A DNA stretch of 59,832 bases, counting the filler. It is 7 parts of 7 records of this genome, joined end to end, with 100 filler letters (N's around TTAATTAATTAA, not from the genome) between each part and the next. Parts side by side here need not be neighbours in the genome. Positions count along the whole stretch, not along the records: positions 46,053 to 52,189 come from SRR2962707_3312; positions 52,290 to 59,832 come from SRR2962707_3318; 5 more parts are not named here. The stretch is one strand, 5' to 3'. Numbering within the stretch: position 1 is the stretch's first letter; each line of letters starts with the position of its first letter. The notes beneath the pieces were generated by a model. It was not told where the DNA came from. It saw only the letters and a program-made list of their open reading frames with translations, and made no database searches. The translations under genes and the position numbers were made by a program. Shown here piece after piece: positions 46,053-56,587 of the stretch.

Positions 46053-46835
46053 GCCGATCTTGAGGAAGCTCATCAGGCCGGAGGATTTGCCGCCACCGGA
46101 GAGGGACTCGTCCTCGCCGCGCAGGTCCGAGAAGTTCGAGCCCGTGCCCGAGCCGTATTTGAAGAGGCGCGCTTCCCGCACCCAGAGGTCCATGATGCCG
46201 TTCTCATTGACGAGATCGTCGTTCACGCTCTGGATGAAGCAGGCATGGGGCTGCGGATATTCGTAGGCCGTCGAGGTGCGCGCCGTCTCGCCGGTCGCGG
46301 GGTCGGTGCGCCAGTGGCCCTGTGCCGGGCCGTCGATGCCATAGGCCCAATGGAGCCCGGTGTTGAACCATTGCGGGGAGTTGGGCGCCGAAATCTGCGC
46401 CGCCAGCATGAAGCGGTGTTCGTCGTAGAAGGCGCGCGCGTCCGCTTCCGTGTCGAAATAGCCGCCCTTCCAGCCCCAGTAGGCCCAGGTGCCCGCCAGC
46501 CGGTCGAAAACCTGCCGCGCGTCGCGCTCGGGCCCGAAGCGGTCTTCGGCGCGCAACGCTTCCAGCGCGTCTGTATCGGGCGCGTGACGCCACAGGAAGT
46601 CGGGCACGCCTTCTTCCGGCACCGCCTTCAGCACCGCCGCGATGCCCGCCTTGCGGAAATATTTTTGCGCCAGCACGTCGCAGGCGACCTGGCTCCACTC
46701 CGCCGGCACCTGAATGTCCTGCAGGTTGAAGACGACAGACCCGTCCGGGTTGCGGATTTCGCTGGTCGTCGTGCGAAACGCAAGGCCCTCGTAAGGCGAC
46801 TGACCTTCGACAGTGAAACAACGCTGGATACGCAT
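46053..46835 (-). CDS. nrdJ: Class II (B12-dependent) ribonucleotide reductase, N-terminal part
   Basis: WSQVACDVLAQKYFRKAG, PNSPQWFNTG, QPHACFI, KYGSGTG. Confidence 0.96.
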
Positions 46836-47095
46836 CTGGCCCCCGGATTTTCCGCATAGAACTGCTTGCCTCGGGGGAGGGGAAGGAGCCGCCGCGCTGC
46901 CGCGGTCTGCCAGGCTTCAGGGCATAAAATCCCGTTGCGCCGCGCCGTTCTGGAGAGAGCTACCTAAGTAGCTGTTTCCATTTGGCTTTCGTCGCCGAGC
47001 GGTGTGCTCTTTTGGGTGCCCGCCTGTAGCTCCTGCCTCATCCCCTGAGGGAGAACAAATCCTAGGGATGATGGCCGGGGGCCGTCAAGCCAAAG

Positions 47096-47142
47096 ACGCA
47101 AGATGTAGATATGACAGGCATCGAAGACACGAGATGCGGTGG
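47096..47142. promoter_or_regulatory. Tandem NrdR boxes
   Basis: ACGCAAGATGTAGATA at 47096 and ACACGAGATGCGGTGG at 47127, 31 bp apart. Both resemble the acaCwAtATaTwGtg consensus and lie upstream of nrdJ. Confidence 0.7.
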
Positions 47143-47248
47143 GGTGGCCACCCGAATCGAGGCGTTAACGCTCTTTCGGAGTTAACAGAGCGGAAACCTC
47201 TTGGGGCTATCTATAGGGCTCGATACCCAGAATAGGTGGAGAGTCCCG

Positions 47249-47773
47249 GTGGGCGAGCGGAGCACGGCATTCGGCAAAGAGCTGAAGTCGCTGAAAATCC
47301 TGACGGTTGAGGATAACGGCAGCATGCGCCTGCTGCTCCGGACCATGCTCAACACCTTCGGCATCTCCACGGTGCGCCAGGCACGCGACGGCACCGACGG
47401 CCTCACCGAACTTCAGCTCTACGATATCGATCTCGTGATTTCCGATTGGGAAATGGAGCCGATGAACGGCCGCGATTTCATCACCAGCGTGCGCACCATC
47501 GGCAACGAACCCATCTGCTTCACCCCGATCATCGTGCTCACGGGGCACGCTTCCCGCTCGCTCATCACGGAAGCCTTCGAGATCGGCGCGACGCACCTGC
47601 TCGTGAAGCCGGTGACGCCTGCAAGCCTTCTCCACCGCATCGAATGGGTGCTCCACGATGCCCGCGAATTCGAGGCGGCAGGCGGCATCTACCGCCAGCC
47701 GATGATCATTCAGGAGCGCGAAGGGCTGAAACGCGCCAAGGCTGTCGGCCAGACCACCTGGGCCCTCGAATAG
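47249..47773 (+). CDS. CheY-like response regulator with short C-terminal tail
   Basis: LTVEDN, ISDWEMEPMNG, LTG, KP. GTG start after GGAG is inferred. Confidence 0.88.
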   Translation: MGERSTAFGKELKSLKILTVEDNGSMRLLLRTMLNTFGISTVRQARDGTDGLTELQLYDIDLVISDWEMEPMNGRDFITSVRTIGNEPICFTPIIVLTGHASRSLITEAFEIGATHLLVKPVTPASLLHRIEWVLHDAREFEAAGGIYRQPMIIQEREGLKRAKAVGQTTWALE

Positions 47774-47901
47774 ACGCTGCCCCGGGCTGGACCGGGCCTT
47801 CCCCCAATGTCATATTCTGCCCGTTTTCCGCCCCCGCCGGGCCGGAATCGCGTCTATGATGGCGGCTTCGGCACGCCGCTCGCATTCAATGGGAAAATTC
47901 C

Positions 47902-48300
47902 ATGGGTCTGTTTTCTGAAATCTTCATCTGGTGGCACGGCCAGACCATGGGCACACGCTTCTACACCTGGCGCAATGGCCGCCCCGTCGGCGAGGACGAG
48001 CAGGGCAACCGCTACTACGAAGCCCGGAACGGCGAGCAAGTCGGCGGCTATGTCCGCCGCTGGGTGATCTATAACGGCCCTGTCGAAGCCTCCCGCGTCC
48101 CGGCCGACTGGCATGGCTGGCTTCACCACACCGTGGACACACCGCCGAACGAAGAGGACTATGCGCCCCGCGAGTGGCAGCAGCCTCACATGCCGAACCT
48201 CACCGGCACGCAACACGCCTATCGCCCCGCCGGCAGCCTGCACAATGGCAGCCAACGCCCGCGGGCGACCGGCGACTATCAGGCCTGGCGGCCCGAGTAA
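47902..48300 (+). CDS. NADH:ubiquinone oxidoreductase NDUFA12-like protein
   Basis: VGEDEQGNRYY, RRWVIY, VPADWHGWLH, PNLTGT. Confidence 0.93.
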   Translation: MGLFSEIFIWWHGQTMGTRFYTWRNGRPVGEDEQGNRYYEARNGEQVGGYVRRWVIYNGPVEASRVPADWHGWLHHTVDTPPNEEDYAPREWQQPHMPNLTGTQHAYRPAGSLHNGSQRPRATGDYQAWRPE

Positions 48301-48342
48301 TTCGTTTTCCGCTCAGATAGTGAGCGCCATCCGGGGAGCCCC

Positions 48343-48804
48343 ATGCAGAGCAATCTCGTCGAAACGCTGATCGGTACGCTGGTTGTGGCCGTGGCCGCGG
48401 TCTTTCTTTTCTACGGCTACACCTCTTCGGGCATGCGCGGCTCGTCCGGCTACCATGTCGACGCCGCCTTCAGCGCCATCGACGGGCTGGCCAACGGCTC
48501 CGACGTGCGCCTCTCCGGCATCAAGATCGGCACGGTGGTGGGTCAGAAGCTCAATCCCGAGACCTACCAGGCGACAGTCACGCTCGACATCGCGAGCGAC
48601 GTGAAGCTACCGGATGACAGCAGCGCCAAGATCACGAGCGAAGGCTTGCTCGGCGGCAGCTACATTTCGGTGACACCGGGCGGCAGCGAGGAAATGCTGG
48701 CCGATGGCGGCGAGATCATGTTCACGCAAGGCTCCGTCGACCTCATGAGCCTGATCGGTCAGGCCGTCTTCTCGGCGTCGGACAGCGGGTCGGAGAGCGA
48801 GTAA
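48343..48804 (+). CDS. mlaD: MCE-domain protein MlaD
   Basis: DGLANGSDVRLSGIKIG, TSEGLLGGSYI. Confidence 0.92.
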   Translation: MQSNLVETLIGTLVVAVAAVFLFYGYTSSGMRGSSGYHVDAAFSAIDGLANGSDVRLSGIKIGTVVGQKLNPETYQATVTLDIASDVKLPDDSSAKITSEGLLGGSYISVTPGGSEEMLADGGEIMFTQGSVDLMSLIGQAVFSASDSGSESE

Positions 48805-48816
48805 CCCTCGCGGACA

Positions 48817-49263
48817 GTGCCAATGCGTTTTCTCATCCCTTCGGCCACAGGCCTCGTCTTTCTCGCGCTCGGCGCGGCACCGGCGCTCGCCGACAAATAT
48901 CCGGTCGCCGTCTTCAGCGGCCTCGACAAGACGACGGCGCGCGTCACGAGATTCGATGCGAAGGTGGATGAACCGGCGCAGTTCGGCTCTCTCGAAGTGC
49001 TGGTCCGCGCTTGCGACAAGAAGCCCCCGGAAGAGCCGCCCCGCACCGCCGCCTATGTCGAGATCCGTCAGCCCGAACGGGATGAGGAGGTCAAAGGCGA
49101 CGGCGAGACGAAAGCGCCTGAGCCCGCGTTAGGTGCGCCTGTCTTTCAGGGCTGGATGTATGCGGAAAGCCCCGGCCTCAACGCGCTGGAACATCCCGTC
49201 TACGATATCTGGGTGACGGACTGCAAAACCTCGTCCGGGCCCGCGTCTTCCGGCAGCGAATAG
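48817..49263 (+). CDS. DUF2155 family exported protein
   Basis: [35 protein letters not shown]. Confidence 0.9.
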   Translation: MPMRFLIPSATGLVFLALGAAPALADKYPVAVFSGLDKTTARVTRFDAKVDEPAQFGSLEVLVRACDKKPPEEPPRTAAYVEIRQPERDEEVKGDGETKAPEPALGAPVFQGWMYAESPGLNALEHPVYDIWVTDCKTSSGPASSGSE

Positions 49264-49850
49264 AAGTCGCCCTTCGCCGCCGTCGCCTCCATCAGCCGCA
49301 CGCGGTACTTGTCCCGCGATATCTCGACCGCCCCGAACTGTTTCAGATGCGACGTCACGAACTGCGTATCGAGCAGCGTGTAGCCGCCGCGGATCAGCCG
49401 CGCGACGAGATAGACGAGCGCGACCTTGCTCGCATCGGTGGCGCGGCTGAACATGCTCTCGCCGAAAAACGCCGCGCCGAGCGATACGCCGTAGAGCCCC
49501 CCGACAAGCTCACCGTCCCGCCAGCATTCGACGGAGTGTGCGCGCCCCCGCTCATGCAGCTCGCAATAGAGCCCGACGATGCGCTCGTTGATCCATGTCC
49601 CGTCGCGGTTGGGCGCTGCCTCGGCGCAGCCGAGCATCACCTCGCGAAATGCGGTGTCGATGCGAATGTCGAAGGGTTGCTGGCGGACCGTGCGCTTCAG
49701 GCGCTTCGGGACATGGAAGGTCTCGAGCGGCAGAACGCCGCGCGCTTCCGGGTCGATCCAGTAGAGGTCCGGGTCGTCGCGCGACTCCGCCATGGGAAAC
49801 ACGCCATAGGCGTAGGCGCGCAGCAGGACCTCGGCATCGATATCGCTCAT
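49200..49850 (-). CDS. aat: Leucyl/phenylalanyl-tRNA-protein transferase
   Basis: [33 protein letters not shown]. Confidence 0.96.
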   Translation of the reverse strand: MSDIDAEVLLRAYAYGVFPMAESRDDPDLYWIDPEARGVLPLETFHVPKRLKRTVRQQPFDIRIDTAFREVMLGCAEAAPNRDGTWINERIVGLYCELHERGRAHSVECWRDGELVGGLYGVSLGAAFFGESMFSRATDASKVALVYLVARLIRGGYTLLDTQFVTSHLKQFGAVEISRDKYRVRLMEATAAKGDFYSLPEDAGPDEVLQSVTQIS

Positions 49851-49946
49851 TTCAAATCCGCAGGTTCCCGACGGTGCCGCATTCTTCGCGGAATCTAACC
49901 GACCCCTTGCTGAAACGAAACTGGCGCGGAAGCAGGGCTTTTCATC

Positions 49947-51920
49947 CTACTCCGATTTCGGTGTCGCCTTCGGAAGAGCTTTGCTTTCGCGGACAAGCCG
50001 TTCCACGCTGGCCGCGCAGTCACTGTCCTCCCCAAGGCCGAGCTGGATGGTGGGAATGAGGGCGGCGAGCGGCGTCAGCAGCACGCCGAGGATGACAGCG
50101 GGCGCCGCGCGCTTGGCGAGTTCTTCGGCGTCCGGCCCAATCGACGGGTCTTTCAGCCGCCCCTCGATTTCGATGGGGGCGGGGACCGCGCCGATGCTCA
50201 TTTTCTTCGGCTCCGTGACGATCCGGTAGTCGATCGTCTCCTTGTCGAGATTGATTGTGCCGGTGCCCAGAATGTTTGCCTCCTCCGTGTCGACATAAAG
50301 CGCCCGCGTTTCGAGGACGCCGTTCTTCAGGCCGAAATCGCTGACCATGCAGCGGATATTCGTGCGGCTCGGAATGCCGAGGGCGGAGAGGATGGAATTG
50401 CCGATGTCGAGCCCGGCGAGGTTCACGAGCAGCGCGCTGATATCGCCTCCCGCCATGAAGAGCTTGAGGTCGCCATTGCCCTTGCCGAGCATGTCGGCGA
50501 CGGAGTTGCCCTTCGTCTCGACATGAGCCTTGCCGCCGATGCGGCCCGCGCCCTCGAAGAGGGCTGTCTCCTCCATGATGCGGCGGAGGTCGACCTTGCG
50601 GAAATCGACGTCGGCGGTGGTGCGGATCGGATCCTGCCGCGCGTCGAGGACGATGGTACTCGCGATTTCGCCGGTGCCGACGCCGAAGTCGAGCGGATCG
50701 AGCGTTACCAGGCCGTTCTCGATTTTCAGCGTCACGACGAGATTATCGAGCGGCATGTTCTCGCCCTCGATCCGCTTGCCTTCGTAATGCACATTGAAGT
50801 CGGCGGCGCGAATGTCGGGAATACTGAAGGGATCGTCCGGCAGCAGGCGCGGGCTTGCTTCTTCCCGCGCATGGTCGGCGCGCTGCTCGGCGGAGAGGTC
50901 GCCCTCGCTCGCATCGCCCGGCGCCGCGCCGATAAAGCCGCCGAGATCGGCCAGCCGCACGCGCTCCGATTTCAGGTCCGCCGTGATCTGAGGCCGTTCT
51001 TCGCCCGGCGCCACCTCGAAACGGCCGGACAGGTCGCTTTCGCCGACGCGGCCCACGAAATCCGTGAAACGGACGCGCTTGTCCGCATAGTCGAGCTTTC
51101 CCTTGAGATTGTAGGGCGGCGTCTCGACCAGCGGAATGCCGATCAGCGGTTCGAGATTCGAGAGGTCCTTGCCCTCAAGGGTGAGGTCGAGATTGGCACC
51201 GGCGAATTGCAGTGGGTTGGTAAGTGTGCCGTTGAGCTTTACGTGCGTATCGCCGTTCCGCAGGTCGAGGTCGACCGCGTAGGGGCGCGACGTTTCCCGG
51301 AGCGAGAGAAGCGAGCCGCCGCGAAACCTGCCATCGATGGACTGCGCGTTGTAGGTACCTTTCGCGGTCACGACGAGATAAGGCTCGCCGCCATCGGCGC
51401 GCTCCATCGTCTCTATGGTCGCGTCCACATCGGCGGCGAGAGCGGCATCGGAAAAATGCACACGCCCGTCCGCGATGGCGAGCCGGCCGATCTCGATTTC
51501 CGTTCCGGGCTCGCCCTCGTCACCGCCCTCGAACAGGGGCAGTTCCCAGTTTCGCGTGCCCTCGGCATTGCTGCGGAGATTGCCGCGCGGTTTCACGACC
51601 TCGATCTCGGGAAGGATGATCCGGCCTGTCAGCGCCGCCCAGGGGCGGATGCTCACGCTCAGCCGCTCCGCCGAGCCGAGCGGCTCTTCCTCACCGAACT
51701 CTTCCGGGTTCACGATGATGAGGTTTTCGACGATGGCGGTCGGCGTGCGCGACAGGTCGATGTCGAAATGGCCGATGGTCACCGTTCGACCGAGCGCGGA
51801 CGAAGCGCGCAGTTCCACCAGCGGGCGGAACCAGTTCCAGTCCCAGAGGAGAATGAGGGTCAGCAGGACAAGGGCGCCTACGCCCAATCCCGCGAGCCAA
51901 GGGTGCGCGCGCCAGTTCAT
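49947..51920 (-). CDS. AsmA family protein (YhjG-like)
   Basis: N-terminal TM with WDWNWFRP, VGESDLSG, LTPLAALIPTI C-terminus. Confidence 0.88.
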   Translation of the reverse strand: MNWRAHPWLAGLGVGALVLLTLILLWDWNWFRPLVELRASSALGRTVTIGHFDIDLSRTPTAIVENLIIVNPEEFGEEEPLGSAERLSVSIRPWAALTGRIILPEIEVVKPRGNLRSNAEGTRNWELPLFEGGDEGEPGTEIEIGRLAIADGRVHFSDAALAADVDATIETMERADGGEPYLVVTAKGTYNAQSIDGRFRGGSLLSLRETSRPYAVDLDLRNGDTHVKLNGTLTNPLQFAGANLDLTLEGKDLSNLEPLIGIPLVETPPYNLKGKLDYADKRVRFTDFVGRVGESDLSGRFEVAPGEERPQITADLKSERVRLADLGGFIGAAPGDASEGDLSAEQRADHAREEASPRLLPDDPFSIPDIRAADFNVHYEGKRIEGENMPLDNLVVTLKIENGLVTLDPLDFGVGTGEIASTIVLDARQDPIRTTADVDFRKVDLRRIMEETALFEGAGRIGGKAHVETKGNSVADMLGKGNGDLKLFMAGGDISALLVNLAGLDIGNSILSALGIPSRTNIRCMVSDFGLKNGVLETRALYVDTEEANILGTGTINLDKETIDYRIVTEPKKMSIGAVPAPIEIEGRLKDPSIGPDAEELAKRAAPAVILGVLLTPLAALIPTIQLGLGEDSDCAASVERLVRESKALPKATPKSE

Positions 51921-51975
51921 CGGATAAGGAAACCCGCGAACCCGCCCGTCGTTCCCGGCCTGGCCTAAGCCCTTG

Positions 51976-52189
51976 TCAGGACTTCTGTTTCAGGAAGTCT
52001 TCCAGCCAGTGAATGTGGTACTCGCCGTTAATGAAATTCGGCTCGCTCACCAGGTCCTGGAAGAGGGGGATGGTCGTCTTGATCCCGTCGATGACGAATT
52101 CGTGCAGCGTCCGGCGGAGCCGCATCAGGCATTCGTTGCGGTTGCGCCCGCTCACCACGAGCTTGCCGATCAGGCTGTCGTAATAGGGC
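51976..52189 (-). CDS. accC: Biotin carboxylase C-terminus; 5'-truncated
   Basis: PYYDSLIGKL..GIKTTIPL..YHIHWLE. Confidence 0.92.
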
Positions 52190-52289
52190 NNNNNNNNNNN
52201 NNNNNNNNNNNNNNNNNNNNNNNNNNNNNNNNNTTAATTAATTAANNNNNNNNNNNNNNNNNNNNNNNNNNNNNNNNNNNNNNNNNNNN
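52190..52289. other. Artificial contig linker
   Basis: N-run, TTAATTAATTAA, N-run. Confidence 0.99.
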
Positions 52290-52361
52290 GCCTCAATAAT
52301 TTACCTCTGATCGATCCAGATCAGATCAACATTGTAACATGACCGCACGGTCGATTTTAAC

Positions 52362-54536
52362 ATGAGTAGAAAGAAACGAAAAAAGAAAATAGGATCAAGA
52401 TCCAAACAACAACAACCCAATCACGTCCAAAAAATTAAAAGTAAACTTCACGAAACCTTCTCCGTCAACGACGGGAAATCTTATGGATATCGTGAATTGA
52501 TCAGAAAACTTCAGCTTAGAGATAAGAAGTCAAAAGATTACCTCAAAAACCAGCTCTTCAGCATGGAGAGCAAAGAACAAATTCGTCGCTTATGTGATGG
52601 CCGATTTGTGAGTAATGCCGAAAGCGAATACATCCAGGGAACCGTTGATCACGTCAATCCTAACTTCGCATATGTAGTTACCCCAGAACCGCAAGAGGAT
52701 ATTTGGGTGAAAACTGCAGATCTAAACTTTGCCATTCATGGAGATCTGGTGAATGTAATCATCACTCGTCCTTCAGGAAACGGATTTCGGCCTGAGGGCA
52801 AGGTTGTCTCCATTCTAAAACGAAACCGGGAAGAATTTGTGGGCAAAATTGAAGTATCCAAAAACTTCTCATTCGTCGTTCCGGATAGTCGGAATATCCA
52901 TTTTGATATTATGGTGTATCCGGAGAAGATCGGCAAAGCAAAGCCCAACGATAAAGTCCTGGTCAAGATTGATAAATGGCATGATGCGAAAAACAGAAGT
53001 CCACTTGGGACAGTAACGGAAATTTTAGGACAAGCAGGAGAAAACGAAGCTGAAATTCACTCCATCATGGCCGAGTTCGGTTTGCCATTCCGATTCCCAA
53101 AGAAGATTGAAACAGCTGCTGATAAAATTCCTGATCTTATCACTGAAGAAGAGCTTAAGAAACGACGCGATTTTAGAAAGATCACCACTTTCACCATTGA
53201 CCCTCACGATGCAAAAGATTTTGATGATGCACTATCCATTCAGGATATAGGAGACGGGAAATTTGAAATAGGTGTACACATCGCTGATGTTTCCCACTAT
53301 GTAGAGGAAGGAACGGAGCTAGACAAAGAGGCAGTCGAACGAGCAACTTCCGTTTACCTCGTTGATCGAACGATCCCAATGCTTCCCGAGCGACTATCAA
53401 ATGGATTGTGTTCGCTCAGACCCAATGAGGAAAAGCTGACTTTTTCTGCTGTTTTCGAAATGGACGGAAAAGGGGCTGTAAGTAAAAAGTGGTTCGGAAG
53501 AACCATCATCGAATCCGATCGAAGATTTACTTACGAAGAAGCACAGGAAAGAATCGAAGGATTGGATAGTGACTTTACTAAAGAGATTGTCACACTCAAC
53601 AACATTGCGAAGCAATTACGGAAAAAACGATTCCAGCATGGGGCCGTCAATTTTGAGACGGTAGAAGTCAAATTCAAACTGGATGAGGCCGGCAAGCCTT
53701 TGGAAGTAATTCCAAAAGAGCGAAAAGATGCTCACAAAATGATTGAAGAGTTCATGCTCCTTGCAAACCGTGAGGTAGCAACGCACATCTTCAAGTGGAA
53801 AGAGAAGGGTAAAGAAGATGGAAGCAAAACCTTCGTTTACCGGGTACACGATGATCCGGATCCGGAGAAGTTGAGCACGTTTGCTTCATTTGCAGCCAAA
53901 TTCGGTCACAAAATGGATTTGGGGAAAAACCTTTCCGGCGGCCTCAACAAATTGATGGATGAGATCGAAGGAAAGCCAGAACAAAACGTACTGGAATCAC
54001 TTGCCATTCGATCCATGGCCAAAGCAAAGTATACGACCGATCCAAGAGGGCACTTTGGGTTGGCCTTTGATCATTACACACATTTCACCTCGCCTATTCG
54101 ACGATACCCTGATGTGATGGTGCATCGATTGCTGGAGCATTATCTGCAGGGAGGCAAAAATGTGGGGAATGAAGAATACGAGCCATTATGCATGCATTCT
54201 TCCGAAAGGGAAAAGCGTGCAGCTGATGCAGAACGAGCTTCGATCAAATACAAGCAGGTTGAGTTTATGCAAACCATGCTTGGTCAGGAGTTCGAAGGAA
54301 TCGTTTCGGGTGTTACCGAGTGGGGCATTTTTGTGGAGATCATCGAAACCAAATGTGAAGGCATGATCCGAATGACTGATCTGGATGATGACTTTTATGA
54401 ATTCGATGAGAGGCAAATGCGTGTAATCGGAAGGCATAATAAAAGAATCATCACTCTTGGTGACAAGCTTAAAGTAATGGTTGCTAAAACAGATATCGAT
54501 CGAAGAACCATTGATTTACAGTTGGTAAGCGAATAG
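52362..54536 (+). CDS. rnr: Ribonuclease R
   Basis: TIDPHDAKDFDDALS, IEEFMLLAN, HFTSPIRRYPD, S1 domain. Confidence 0.97.
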   Translation: MSRKKRKKKIGSRSKQQQPNHVQKIKSKLHETFSVNDGKSYGYRELIRKLQLRDKKSKDYLKNQLFSMESKEQIRRLCDGRFVSNAESEYIQGTVDHVNPNFAYVVTPEPQEDIWVKTADLNFAIHGDLVNVIITRPSGNGFRPEGKVVSILKRNREEFVGKIEVSKNFSFVVPDSRNIHFDIMVYPEKIGKAKPNDKVLVKIDKWHDAKNRSPLGTVTEILGQAGENEAEIHSIMAEFGLPFRFPKKIETAADKIPDLITEEELKKRRDFRKITTFTIDPHDAKDFDDALSIQDIGDGKFEIGVHIADVSHYVEEGTELDKEAVERATSVYLVDRTIPMLPERLSNGLCSLRPNEEKLTFSAVFEMDGKGAVSKKWFGRTIIESDRRFTYEEAQERIEGLDSDFTKEIVTLNNIAKQLRKKRFQHGAVNFETVEVKFKLDEAGKPLEVIPKERKDAHKMIEEFMLLANREVATHIFKWKEKGKEDGSKTFVYRVHDDPDPEKLSTFASFAAKFGHKMDLGKNLSGGLNKLMDEIEGKPEQNVLESLAIRSMAKAKYTTDPRGHFGLAFDHYTHFTSPIRRYPDVMVHRLLEHYLQGGKNVGNEEYEPLCMHSSEREKRAADAERASIKYKQVEFMQTMLGQEFEGIVSGVTEWGIFVEIIETKCEGMIRMTDLDDDFYEFDERQMRVIGRHNKRIITLGDKLKVMVAKTDIDRRTIDLQLVSE

Positions 54537-54587
54537 AGTGCACCTATTTACTTGACCTCCATCTTGCCTTGATTAGTCGAAAAGAAT

Positions 54588-54661
54588 TTAGGGTGTGTTT
54601 TTTTTAGCTTATACTTATACAAGCTAATCGAGTGATTTTTAATCCATTAACCACACCCTAA
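54588..54661 (+). promoter_or_regulatory. Nested inverted repeat (branched hairpin) abutting the next start codon
   Basis: ttagggtgtg (54588-54597) pairs with cacaccctaa (54652-54661). Inner stem ttagctt/aagctaa spans 54604-54627. Confidence 0.5.
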
Positions 54662-54663
54662 TC

Positions 54664-55212
54664 ATGAAAGATCACACTCTGAGCCGTAAAGCACTTGATG
54701 TGCTTGAGGAGAACGGCTATCACTTCAAATCCGACAACAACATCATAAGCATCAAAAGATCAACTGGGATCATGGGCATTGTCGTTATGCTGATTATTAC
54801 GCTTTTCCTATCTATCCCGGTTTTTGCAGCAGGTGTAATCTACGGTGTTGGATTGCTCGTTATAGTAGTAGGTTGGGTTTTGATCAAGCGTATTTATTTT
54901 TCCAAAAAATCTCAGCTCACCATTAATAAGAATGCAAATACTTTCACTGCCATTGTCGGAACCTATCATCAAGAGGATTTGCCACTAACTATGATTTCCT
55001 CCATCGTGCTGCATTCACAATTTGTAGACAAATACGTAACTGCAGCCAGAAATGAAGTTGAAGAGCATTCGATATCCATCAAGATTCAATTGATCACAAA
55101 AGAGGAGGTAACCTTATTTCAGCTAAAGTCTGAACAAGGGGAGCCAACTCCTGAGATCAATGAAATATACCAGCTGCTTGAAAATGTGGTAAAGGGAGCT
55201 AAAGCCGCATGA
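54664..55212 (+). CDS. Hypothetical two-TM membrane protein
   Basis: 182-aa ORF with a hydrophobic hairpin and a beta-rich C-terminal part. Confidence 0.75.
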   Translation: MKDHTLSRKALDVLEENGYHFKSDNNIISIKRSTGIMGIVVMLIITLFLSIPVFAAGVIYGVGLLVIVVGWVLIKRIYFSKKSQLTINKNANTFTAIVGTYHQEDLPLTMISSIVLHSQFVDKYVTAARNEVEEHSISIKIQLITKEEVTLFQLKSEQGEPTPEINEIYQLLENVVKGAKAA

Positions 55213-55333
55213 AAAAGATGTCATGGTTTTTTCCGCTCGCTTTGTCGAATAGTCCTTCGCTTTGGGCTCATTGTATCTGTCCGTTCCAAAATTGATTAAT
55301 AACTTGTTGTAGGTCACCTTCTAATTAATCATT

Positions 55334-56587
55334 GTGCGAGAAAGAAACTATTTGAAAAGACAACAAGGTTTTTACTTGTTTCTAATGATCTCCGCCTATG
55401 TATCTACGTTAGGTTTTGGAACGTTTTATTTTTTGGGAGGCATTGCCGAGCTTTATTTACCAACCTACACTGCATTTGTCCTTTTTTTGATCTTTGGTGT
55501 TATTTCATTTTACTCCGCTGGCCTGGTTACATTATTTCGACTTTCAATAGGTGTTGCTTTTGTTGCCTTCTACAATCAGGTTTTTCACACTGGCGGTCTT
55601 CAGTCACCAGCGGTCTTCGAATTTGTGATCCCTCCTCTATTAGCATTTTTCTATCGACCAATCATAGATCGGTACATTTTTATGGGCTTGTCCTTGCTAG
55701 CAATGATTTCATTTTGGCCACTTACCACATTTGAGATCACCAAAAATCTATTGCCCTCAGATTTGGAAATTATCCATAGTGGGCTCTGCAGCATATTTGT
55801 GTTTCTCATTGTTGCAATTTTCAGTGTCCTGTTTCGCACTGCTTTAGTAATAAAGAATAAACAGATTGGCGACTCGATGAAGCAATTGCAAGAAACCACA
55901 CAGAAATTAGTTGAATCTGAAAAGATGGCTTCTTTAGGAGTGTTATCTGCTGGAGTCGCTCATGAAATTAACAATCCGCTTAATTTCATTAGAGGTGGAG
56001 TAGAGGTTCTTGAAAATGGCTTGCGAGAAAAAAATGGCGAATTTAAGTCCGAACCATATGTACATGTGATAAAAGAAGGCCTTACGCGTGCAGCCACTAT
56101 TGTCAACAGTCTTAATCACTTCAGTCGTCAAACAGAGTCTATGGATGAATCATGTGATCTGCATGAAATCCTGGACAATAGTGTGATCATGTTACAGCCA
56201 AAACTGAAGTACAAAGGCAAAGTGGTGAAAGTGTATGATGAGAAACCGGCTATAATGCTCGGTAATGAAGGAAAATTACATCAGGCCTTTCTCAACATTA
56301 TTGCCAACGCTGAGCATGCCATCAGTGAAAACGGAACCATTACTCTGAAAACAACCGTTCATCCTAAAAAAATTGAAGTAGAAATATCTGATGATGGAGA
56401 AGGTATTAGTAAGGAAAATCTTAACAAGATCAGCGATCCCTTTTTCACAACAAAGCCCGTGGGAAAAGGGACAGGATTAGGCCTTGCCATTACTTACAGA
56501 ATCATTGAAGAACACAAGGGAGAAGTAAAAGTGTCATCTAAAATCGGGAAAGGGACTAAATTTAACTTGATTTTTCACCGCCTATGA
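55334..56587 (+). CDS. Membrane sensor histidine kinase
   Basis: About 6 TM helices, SEKMASLG..AHEINNPL, FFTTKPVGKGTGLGL. Confidence 0.93.
   Translation: MRERNYLKRQQGFYLFLMISAYVSTLGFGTFYFLGGIAELYLPTYTAFVLFLIFGVISFYSAGLVTLFRLSIGVAFVAFYNQVFHTGGLQSPAVFEFVIPPLLAFFYRPIIDRYIFMGLSLLAMISFWPLTTFEITKNLLPSDLEIIHSGLCSIFVFLIVAIFSVLFRTALVIKNKQIGDSMKQLQETTQKLVESEKMASLGVLSAGVAHEINNPLNFIRGGVEVLENGLREKNGEFKSEPYVHVIKEGLTRAATIVNSLNHFSRQTESMDESCDLHEILDNSVIMLQPKLKYKGKVVKVYDEKPAIMLGNEGKLHQAFLNIIANAEHAISENGTITLKTTVHPKKIEVEISDDGEGISKENLNKISDPFFTTKPVGKGTGLGLAITYRIIEEHKGEVKVSSKIGKGTKFNLIFHRL

Noticed and set aside
46836-47095. Cobalamin riboswitch upstream of nrdJ
   Set aside because: B12-box and core motifs are absent on the nrdJ sense strand; the GGGAAGG-like word is on the wrong strand
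47053-47186. LexA box (GAAC-N7-GAAC) and CtrA box (TTAA-N7-TTAA)
   Set aside because: The second GAAC half-site is missing, and the two TTAA words are 13 nt apart rather than 7
50523-51968. Long antisense ORFs (also 11340-12560, 31039-32061, 35663-36781, 40663-41562)
   Set aside because: Shadow frames of well-supported high-GC genes, with no recognisable motifs
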